Below, one piece after another: positions 54,195 to 64,000 of a DNA stretch of 64,000 nucleotides. The notes under the pieces are model-generated. The model saw only the letters and a list, made by a program, of their open reading frames with translations, was not told the origin of the DNA and did not search any database. Where the stretch lies: the NCBI RefSeq assembly GCF_006345805.1, contig NC_043018.1, positions 15,810,001 to 15,874,000 on the forward strand, written 5' to 3'. The stretch's first letter is position 1. Every line of letters starts with the position of its first letter. The position numbers and the translations under genes are program-made. The DNA comes from Octopus sinensis. Lineage: Eukaryota.

Positions 54195-54517
54195 TGCCCC
54201 AGTGGTTAGGGCAGTGCACTCGTGGTCATAGGAACGCGGTTTCGATTCCCACCGGGCATTGTGAGTGTTTATTGAGGGTAAAACACCTAAAGCTCCACAA
54301 GTCTCCGGCAGTGGAGGGTGCGAACCCTGCTGTAGTCTGTCACCACAACTTTCTCTCATTCTTTCTTCCTGTCTCTCTCGCACCTGTATTTCAAAGGGAC
54401 AGCCTTGTCACACAGCCATGTCACGCTGAATCTCCTCCGAGAACTGCGTTACAGGTACGCGTGTCTGTTAAGTTCTCAGCCACTTGCACGTTAATTTCAC
54501 GAAGCGATTTGCTCAAC
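54195..54517 (+). mobile_element. tRNA-Arg-like-head SINE, body B + tail 2, diverged and 3'-truncated
   Basis: CCCCAGTGGTTAGGGCAG..GGTTTCGATTCCC..CACCTAAAGCTCCAC..CCTGTATTTCAAAGGG..GCACGTTAATTTCACG. Confidence 0.85.
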
Positions 54518-54924
54518 TAATATATAGTCAAATATATATATATGTTTAGACACATACACATGTAGGTACCAACACAGACACATGTATACATAAATATATA
54601 TATGTATATATGCATGTGTGTGTGTGTTGGTGCTCACATGTGTATGTGTCAAAACATTTGAAATAAAATATGACTGTACAAACATCATGCACATGAAGCT
54701 AATTCGCCATTATGTCTTACACAAAAGGAATTAGCAGTGAATAAAGTTACATTTTTGCGACTATTCAAACATTTGCCAACAAGAAAGAGAGAGAAAGAAA
54801 ACAAAATGTATTATCGGAAATTAAAAAAACAAACTAATTTTACAATAATAATGTCACTGTTTACATGTGGTTGTGTTTGTGTTTTTCTTTTACTCGCATT
54901 TTACCTCTCAGGGATAATGATAGT

Positions 54925-54925
54925 A

Positions 54926-54963
<38 letters not shown>

Positions 54964-55496
54964 TAATATAATAATAATAATATAATAATAATAATAATAT
55001 AATAATAATAATATAATAATAATAATAATAATGAGGAGTAAGGAGATAGGGGAAGGAGGATGTTTAGATTGGATAGGGATGATGATATTGACAATGACGG
55101 CAATAATATTCATATGTAGTGGTGGTGGTGGTGGTGGTGTTGGTGGTGGTCTTCATCGTTGACGTCGTCGTTGTCGTAGTAGTAGTAGTAGCATCAGCAG
55201 TAGTAGTGGTAGTAGCAGCAGCAGCAGTAGTAGTAGTAGTAGTAGTAGTAAGTAGTAGTAGTAGCAGTAGTAGTAGTAGTAGTAGTAGTAGTAGCAGCAG
55301 TAGCAGTAGTAGTAGTAGTAGTAGTAGTAGCAGCAGTAGTAGTAGTAGTAGCAGTATTAGTAGTAGTAGTAGTAGTAGTGGTGGTGATGGTGGTGGTGAT
55401 AGTGGTGGTGTTGGTGGTCTTAGTCGTCGTCGTCGTAGCAGTAGTAGTGGTGGTGGTTTTGTAGTAGTAGTAGTAGTAGCTGTTGTTGTTGTTGTT

Positions 55497-55529
<33 letters not shown>

Positions 55530-55603
55530 ATGGTGGTGGTGATAGTGTTGGTGGTGGTGGTCTTAGTCGTCGTCGTCGTAGCAGTAGTAGTGATGGTGGT
55601 CTT

Positions 55604-55651
<48 letters not shown>

Positions 55652-55724
55652 ATGGTGGTGGTGATAGTGGTGGTGTTGGTGGTTTAGTCGTCGTTGTCGT
55701 AGCAGTAGTAGTGATGGTGGTCTT

Positions 55725-55760
<36 letters not shown>

Positions 55761-55780
55761 TAGTAGTAGTAGTGGTAATG
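54925..55780. repeat. (ATA)n then compound (GTA)/(GCA)/(GGT)/(GTC) triplet array with higher-order units
   Basis: Direct reading. Confidence 0.9.
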
Positions 55781-56304
55781 GTTTCAAAATATCTTGTCTT
55801 TACAAAACAATTACCATAGCTGAAGGCACTTTCGTATTTTTTTTTAGTTTCCGCAACCGTTTTGCTATTTTTGATTTTCTCTTGCGTGTAAATATTTGCA
55901 TTTTAATTTTAAGTTTTCTCAAATATGTTTAGTTGACTAATTCTGGGTATACTGTGTGTGTGTATGCGCGTGTGTGTGTGTGTGTGCCTGTGTGCGTGTG
56001 TGTACGTGTGCGAGTGTTGGTGGTGTTGCTTTTTTTTTAACGAATGTTAAATGTGGTATTACTCCGCTTTACCTAGATGCCAAGTAGAGATGAAAATACC
56101 TTTCTTTCCTAATTAAAGTGAACCATATCTTTCTCTGCGCCTCTGCAGAATAGAATTGTCAGAAAAGAACCGAAATACCATTCTCAAACGAACGTCGCCA
56201 GCCTCATTAAAAGAACCTGCCTCCTGTTTGAACTGAAAGCTAGAGATAGCAACTAATTTTACCTCATGAGCCCGATGCCATTTTGAATCAGGTGTCTGTG
56301 AAAG

Positions 56305-56356
56305 AAATCAACTGTAAAGTCGAGACATGACCGTCTCGACTTTTTACAGTTGATTT
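56305..56356. other. Stem-loop with 22-bp stem, 2-nt bulge and 6-nt loop in unique sequence
   Basis: AAATCAACTGTAAAGTCGAGAC-atgacc-GTCTCGACTTTTTACAGTTGATTT. Confidence 0.85.
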
Positions 56357-56412
56357 TTATAACGCCTTCCTTTGATCGTCGGTACAAACTCTATTTATGT
56401 GCATTCGCCATA

Positions 56413-56503
<91 letters not shown>

Positions 56504-56860
56504 TCAATATAGGGTGGCAAAAAATTTTGTAGAATTTTTTTTGCCACCAGCGGCCTAGTGGGAAAAAAATTTTAGGTCAGATATTGCCGAGGCAGGGACG
56601 GAAATGCCTCGTGAAAATATCTGTTCCGACTTGGCTATTTCTTACTGATGATTCTAAGGGCCTATGGAAGATTGGCTTGATTTAATTTAATCAGGTTAGT
56701 TTACCATTAAACAGTAGATGAAACGGTGCATCGTATAAGAAATTACAGGGTAAATGTTTTTTAATTTTCTCCTGGTTTACGGAATTGATGTTATTTTGCG
56801 GTTGAAGCTTTGGCTGTTATTTCTAGTGGGTGAATGGCCTATTATGGCCGTTCCTTGATT

Positions 56861-56904
<44 letters not shown>

Positions 56905-57562
56905 CCACACATATAAAGATGCACATCCATACATACAAACATGGTACATAGTTGTATAATACACACACACACACAGGCATGCACACACAAGGAGACAGAG
57001 GTACATACATATACAAACACATGCTCACACACACATTCATAGAAAATACACAAACACGGATATGCAAGCACATAAATATGTAGGATACGTACATACAGAT
57101 GCACACACACACATATATACATACGTACATGCATGTATAGGCACACACACACACACACACGCACACATGCGCGCAAACAAACAAAAGGGAACGCAGTGTA
57201 AATAACGAACAGAGTCAAAACTATTGAAAAGGTTGCAAGATGCAACGAAAATTTTAGGACAATAAAAATAAGAAAAAAGTGGAAATTTTACCGGTGAGTG
57301 TGTTAAATAATAAAGGCACAAAAAGAAAATGACTCTCCCCAGACACAACGTCTAGATTTATATTGAGACGTCGACAATCCAATTACCACCATCGAAAATA
57401 ACCTTTTATTTCTAAGAATTCCTGACACAAGTTGAGAGCGGCTTGGCTTCTGTTTCTAGCATGTCTCATAGTTATTTACTGATTGACACTTGGATGTCTG
57501 TGTGAATAAGCAACACTGACTATAAAAGATATATTACATACACTGATTATTTATAATAACCA

Positions 57563-57823
57563 AACTATCGGATGTTCATATACAACGCTGGTCACAATGC
57601 GCTTTGTATCGTTTTAGCTTTCTAACGATGCCGCCACGTTGGCTAGGCGAGCGGATCAACATCTTTCCCTCCTCCACTCTGATCGGAAGGTTACTCTGTC
57701 GCGAGGTTACCTATTTATAGCTGACTGCTCAAGAACACAACGCGCCGCTGTGTCCCGAAAATGGATCCCACGATCTAGCGATTGTGAGTGCTATGCCCTA
57801 ACCACTTGCCCATGCGCCTTCAC
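57563..57823 (-). mobile_element. tRNA-Arg-like-head SINE, partial CORE-like body + tail 4
   Basis: 57563-57652 is the reverse complement of tail 4 at 43005-43090; TGCTCAAGAACACAACGCGCCG body; CCTAACCACTTGCCCATGCGCCTTCAC head. Confidence 0.75.
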
Positions 57824-57850
57824 ATATATCATATATATAATACACTAATT

Positions 57851-58342
<492 letters not shown>

Positions 58343-58689
58343 TAAAAGAGAGCAAAGAGAGTATATATTATATATCCTTCGCAGTTATATATTATTTAAC
58401 TTGATATATGAAATCAGGGGAACATATCCTGCCATGGGTTATAACTAGTCAACTGTGCGATGCAAGATTTCAACAACCCATTAATCTATTAATCCTCTTA
58501 GTAATTAATCATAAGGAGCTTATGCAGTCACACTCACACGCATGTACGGATATATATATATATATGTGTGTATGTATATATGTATATGTGCTTGCGTAAA
58601 TGTATGTATATGTGTAATTGTATACAGCATGACTGTATCTGTATGTAGATACATAAGATGTACATCTCTGTAATATATCGTCGGTGTCC

Positions 58690-59410
58690 ATGGGTGATTA
58701 AGTGAAAAACCTATTTGTTTTGGTGAGGAACATATTTGTTTTGTTGTGATGGACATCTGCAAAGCTTTCAGCAGAGTCCGGAAAATAAGGATGCGTTGCT
58801 CTTCCCCTGAGTTCCTTCAGTTTTTCGATTTTGATATTGCTGACTCTTTGTCACGTGGCACAACCGTAATGTCTGCGTCGTCTCACTCTCTCTCTCTATC
58901 TTTCTCTCTCTCCCCCTCTCTCTCACTGATTCTCTATGTCTTTCTGCTTCTCCCCTACTCTCTCTGTTTCTTTCTTCTCTCTCTCTCTCTCTCTCTCTCT
59001 CTGCGCCTCCTCCTCATCAATTGTGGAGAACCTTAGACTCCAGTTTCTCTCTTTCACTACTCATTTTTTCTCCTCTCTATCAAATCCTCTCCCTGCCGTC
59101 GTTTCCTCGTTTCCTGCAGCGTGCATTTCGGTGCTGGCTATATTTCACCCAAACCCTCTGTGCCCAAACTTTACCCACAAGCCCCCTAGAACCCTCACAC
59201 CTCATACAAATTCCTGCAGCATCCTTCCATAACGTCTTGCAAGTCTTTGATTATTCAACATCACCATAACGATCATTCCGCAAACCGAGGATCCACCATT
59301 TCCCGTTCCATACGTGGAAAACAAGTAACTAGATCTGCCAAGGGCGCCAAAAACAATTGACCTCACCATCTGTGGGGATCTTTTCTAATGAATGGACAGA
59401 CTTAAACAGA
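58690..59410 (+). pseudogene. Ancient non-LTR reverse transcriptase relic (Jockey/CR1/I-like), split by a (CT)n tract
   Basis: FGEEHICFVVMDICKAFSRV (cf. FGE..VALDISKAFDRVWH), INCGEP*..FFLLSI (cf. INSGVPQG..LFLLFI) and EWTDLNRV (cf. DWG..NLV) in the correct order. Confidence 0.55.
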
Positions 59411-59497
59411 GTCCCAGGAGAGAGAGAGGGTGAGGGAGAGAAAGAGAGAAGAGAATGAAGAATAGTTAAAAGAAGAGAGAAAGAAAGAAAGAAAGAG

Positions 59498-59536
<39 letters not shown>

Positions 59537-59655
59537 AGAATAAAGAGAGGGGAAAGTGAAGAGTGAGCGTGTATCTTCGAATTGGCCGAGTGACATCTCA
59601 CAAACGGAACAAACATCCGGTTCATCAAACAATGCTATCCACCTATTTGCACACA

Positions 59656-59696
<41 letters not shown>

Positions 59697-60264
59697 CACA
59701 CACACACAAACACACAAACACACAAACACACACACATACACAAGCACACACACAAACACACACAACACACACACACACACATACATATGCACGTACACAC
59801 GTGTGTGTTTTGGTATGTTCGTGTGTGTATGTACGTACATGTATTTGTGTCTTTTGTATGTGTATGTTTCTATCTGTAAGGTTCTGTATGCCTTTGTGAT
59901 TCTGCATCTCTTTATATCTAAGTAATTCGTGCTCCGTAACGAATCTTAAAGGTTAATGTTTTTATATGTACACAGTGTTTCCGTATGTGTAGATAATGTG
60001 TATGAGTATATATGTGTATATGTATGTATCCGTACACATTGCCACATGTATGAGTATATCTATATGTATGCACAGTAGTGTAGGCCTACGCATGGATTTT
60101 ATGCATCTCTACCTAAGCAGGTATGAAAGTGGCGTTCTGTTTTATGTCCACCTACAGCATTAGAAAATGGTGCGATTACAAAGAAAATTTAGAGTTCTCT
60201 GAACATGCAAAAGGCGTATACATGTAGCAAGATAGATTGACAAAGGATTCTCAAAGTAAATTAT

Positions 60265-60295
60265 AAAGATAGAGAGAGAGAAGAGAGAGAGAGAG

Positions 60296-60374
<79 letters not shown>

Positions 60375-60418
60375 CAGGCAGATAGTTATATAGACAGACA
60401 GATAGATAGATGGATAGG

Positions 60419-60465
<47 letters not shown>

Positions 60466-60467
60466 GT

Positions 60468-60503
<36 letters not shown>

Positions 60504-60742
60504 TGTGTGTGAGTGAGAGAGAGAGAGAGGCAGAAAAACAGAGTGCTTGACATGCATACATACATACATATCTGAATATGTGCGCATGAGTCTAATTCTT
60601 GTGTTACACGGAGTTGACTAATCATGTTGACACACGTGATTAATGCATGTAAGAAACATCTTTGATCAATAGAAAAAAGAGTTTGCATATACATATATGC
60701 ATACACACATGCATATATACATATGCACACACATATATACAC

Positions 60743-60822
<80 letters not shown>

Positions 60823-60873
60823 ATAGATATGTTATTTGTACATAGATATATGTGTAATTTCTACATGGATATA

Positions 60874-60926
<53 letters not shown>

Positions 60927-60960
60927 TTAAACACGCACACTCACAAACACGCCCACACAC
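60265..60960. repeat. Compound (AGAT)n/(AGAC)n/(AG)n/(TG)n block
   Basis: Direct reading. Confidence 0.9.
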
Positions 60961-61535
60961 ACGCACACATCGGTAATGTTATTATCTCTAGCCAATCAAA
61001 CGTATAAAAATAAATCATACCTCAAGTCCATTAATTAGACAACATAATTACCTCCATTACGTAAAATAACAATATGTCTATGTGTTTGTCTGTCTGTCTG
61101 TCTGTCTGTTTGTCTGCCCTACTTTGACCTTCACCTTCATAGGTGTAATCGCCCCGCAAATCAACCCTCACATCTTTCACACCAAATAGTGTGTGAGAGG
61201 AAGGAAGGGAATCTAAGATGAATTGATACAACAAGCTTTTTATTATACTATCCGTCCACTCAACGCATGGTTTTTAATTTATTTTTCCTCCGTTCATTGG
61301 CAGAATAGTTTAGCTTTCCTGTTTGTGACACAAAGGTTACCGTAATTGTTGCTTAGCTTCGTAGTGACCCTGGTCAACCAGATCTCCAGCCTAGACCATC
61401 CATTCTGATGCTCAGACATAGTATACAAGTGAAAATAGTAATCAATGTATTCTCTTCGAAAACACAACACAGGGAAGTTTCTCTACTATAACTAGCATAT
61501 CAAACCTCGATACAGAGGCTTCCTCATAGATAGGG

Positions 61536-61857
61536 GTACTCCGTCGGTGACGACGACGAGGGTCCCAGCTAATACGATCAACGGAACAGCCTGCTCGTGA
61601 AATTAACGCGTAAGTGGCTGAGCAATCCACAGACACGTGTACCCTTAACGTAGTTCTCGGGGATATTCAGCGTGACACAAAGTGTGACAAGGCCGGCCCT
61701 TTGAAATACAGGTACAACTCATTTTTGCCAGCTGAGTTGACTGGAGCAACGTGAAATAAAGTCTCTTGCTCAAGGACACAACGCGTCGCCGGGAATCGAA
61801 CTCACGACCTTACAATCGTGAGCCGAATGCCCTAACCACTAAGCCACGCGGCTTCAC
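61536..61857 (-). mobile_element. tRNA-Arg-like-head SINE, CORE-like body + tail 2
   Basis: Tail 2, then CTCATTTTTGCCAGCTGAG..GGAGCAACGTGAAATAAAG..TGCTCAAGGACACAAC..GGGAATCGAACTC. Confidence 0.9.
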
Positions 61858-62037
61858 CGACATGGATAACAATTAAATGCTCAAAGTAAAATACGTAGGA
61901 AAGGTTCAAAAGCTAGTTAAGGTTAAGTACTCTATACAACACACATGTAAAGGTCTGTGGTCCCTTTGCTCGGCAACTCTATCCGTGCGTATCGATATAT
62001 ATGCGCTTTTCGTCAGTGTAGCTCATACACGATTATA

Positions 62038-62414
62038 ATGGCCCAGTGGTTAGGGCAGCGGACTCGCGGTCGTAGGATGGCGGTTTCGATTCCCAGACCG
62101 GGCGTTGTGAGTGTTTATTGAGCGAACACACCTAAAAGCTCCACGCGGCTCCGGCAGGGGATGGTGGTGATCCCTGCTGTACTCTTTCACCACAACTTTC
62201 TCTCACTCTTACTTCCTGTTTCTGTTGTACCTGTATTTCAAAGGGCCGGCCTTGTCACTCTCTGTGTCACGCTGAATATCCCCGAGAACTACGTTAAGGG
62301 TACACGTGTCTGTGGAGTGCTCAGCCACTTACACGTTAATTTCACGAGCAGGCTGTTCCGTTGATCGGATCAACCGGAACCCTCGTCGTCGGAACCGACG
62401 GAGTGCTTCCACAC
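62038..62414 (+). mobile_element. tRNA-Arg-like-head SINE, body B + tail 2, 11-bp TSD
   Basis: TSD ACACGATTATA at 62027-62037 and 62415-62425; near-identical to the 12396 copy. Confidence 0.95.
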
Positions 62415-62722
62415 ACACGATTATAGCCAGACAGACACACAGACGTAAAGTTATTTCAAGCAACAGAGATAATTATGCGTTCGCCTTTTTCCTTCATTTA
62501 CTTCCCTCATCACTCTACGAAATAATCACATACCAGTTATACCACTGGAGCTACTGCAGATGAGCACTTTGGAATCTTAGTTTTAACTGTAGATAACCAG
62601 CGATTCTGATATGATAAGAACCTTACATGGCGCCTGATGCTGCACAGAAGGTAACCATAGCACGGTAAGTTAGGCCGTCTTATTCTGTCAGAAGTAAAGT
62701 TTGAAATCATATTTATAGATTA

Positions 62723-63023
62723 CTAGCAGTATCGCCCGGCGTTGCTCGGGTTTGTAAGGGAAATAACTATATAAGCATTTTAGAGAGTTACTTCCCTTAT
62801 ATAATAGCAAAAAAATGCATTAAGAATGGGAAAAAATGATGGTAATTTTTTTTTAAATCGCAAATTCATCGTAGACGCTCGCTAATACCCAGAAGGGTTC
62901 GATATGAATCACGACTATAAGATACCCGCTTTTGGTTAAACTGCACCGCAAAATGTGGGAGTAGTTAGGAATCTAAATCGTAGGAGACAGACACTCACAC
63001 AACTTCACTTTTATATATAAAGA
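62723..63023 (-). mobile_element. Complete non-autonomous Helitron (301 bp)
   Basis: Minus strand starts A|TCTTTATATATAAAA and ends CCCGAGCAACGCCGGG hairpin, short spacer, CTAG|T; AT target, no TSD. Confidence 0.85.
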
Positions 63024-63042
63024 TTTACTGACAACTGACAAA

Positions 63043-63261
63043 ATATTGATTTGAAATTTTGACGCTAGGCCAGCAATTTTCGGGTTGGGGTTAAGGCAAC
63101 GACATCGACCTCAGTGTTCATCTGGTATTTATATTACCGACCCCGGAACGACGGAAGCCAAAGTCGACTTCTGTGGAATTTGAACTCAGTATGTAGTCAT
63201 GTACGAACTGCCGTGGAGTATTTTGCCCGGCATGCTAACGACTCTCCCAGCTCGCTGCCTT
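63043..63261 (-). mobile_element. SINE family A
   Basis: ACATCGACCTCAGTG..AAAGTCGACT..GGAATTTGAACTCAG..GCTAACGACTCTCCCAGCTCGCTGCCTT. Confidence 0.8.
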
Positions 63262-63917
63262 AGGATTTGCAAAATATAAACAGATAATGACTTTTAATAA
63301 TGACCATTAATACCGTTGTTGGCAGCTGGAAAACGGTTCATATCTCGTGTAAAGGAAAACAGTCAGACGCTTGCATATATGGAAGGAAAACTTATGAAGT
63401 AGTACTAACAATTATTGAGATGTTTAATGACCAAAATAATGCTTCTGATAAAATTCAGTTAAATTTGAATATTCTGTTATTTTAAACATGGCTAAACATA
63501 CTTTCGGATATATATTTCACCAATATAAATATTTGTAATCTTTCATGAATTTAATTATGTGTTATGTACTTCAATGATGCGTATGGTTGTCATAAGTTAA
63601 AGATTTATAGGAAGCAATGAAATGCAACAAATGGACGAATATTGGCACTTTATCTTCGTTCCACTAAACTGGGTAGATTCATCAAAATTTAAATGTCATT
63701 CTTCCCTCGAGGATTTGTCTTTAACAAAGGTGAATTTCTTATTAGGATGAAAACAATTTCTGAAGAATTATTCTAATACGTGGTCCGTTATCAACTTTGA
63801 GCAATAGCCAGAGGCTGTTCATAATTAATAAAGGCGACGGAAGACATTTACTTCTCGATTCAGAATCTATTTACTTGTTTCCACTTGATAATAATATTCT
63901 TATATCGTTCATTCCCT

Positions 63918-63964
63918 TCTCTTCCGGTGGCAGTCTCTTCCGGTGGCAATCTCTTCCGGTAGCA
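63918..63964. promoter_or_regulatory. Three tandem 16-bp units, each with an ETS-type CCGGAA site
   Basis: TCTCTTCCGGTGGCAG / TCTCTTCCGGTGGCAA / TCTCTTCCGGTAGCA; minus strand reads ACCGGAAGAG three times. Confidence 0.35.
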
Positions 63965-64000
63965 TAGTAAAAGTGTTCCTTCCTGGTTTTGTTTTATTTT

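Noticed and set aside
55119-55787. Poly-Val/Ser ORF and the opposite-strand poly-Thr/Tyr ORF
   Set aside because: Triplet microsatellite array; frames stay open by construction
56149-56256. Good acceptor followed by a 35-codon frame (NRIVRKEPKYHSQ...)
   Set aside because: No homology and no upstream exon found; cannot be supported without RNA data

Overview
AT-rich, microsatellite-saturated eukaryotic non-coding DNA (large intron or gene desert). The repeat landscape points to an octopus (coleoid cephalopod) genome; this is an inference from the SINE types and the (TA)n/(CA)n/(TAGA)n density. I found no convincing host protein-coding gene, rRNA, true tRNA or CRISPR array, and almost all listed ORFs are translations of microsatellites. 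The window holds about 30 tRNA-derived SINEs (six with clean 11-14 bp target-site duplications), one 5'-truncated Tx1/L1-clade LINE plus an orphan 3' UTR of similar design, older RTE and RT relics, three internally deleted Tc1/mariner relics, a complete non-autonomous Helitron, and several short (TA)n-embedded foldback elements, some with minimal type I hammerhead-like motifs typical of Penelope-like element repeats. The most interesting signals are: (1) a perfect 69-bp inverted repeat whose breakpoint sits on a hammerhead helix III palindrome, plus two near-canonical hammerhead folds; (2) a mix-and-match SINE system (one tRNA-Arg-like head, two bodies, five tails); (3) SINEs landing repeatedly at or just upstream of other SINE heads; (4) a pre-miRNA-sized hairpin; (5) a perfect 25-bp GATA-rich minisatellite; (6) three tandem ETS-type sites at the window end. 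Element boundaries without TSDs are approximate and identities were estimated by eye.
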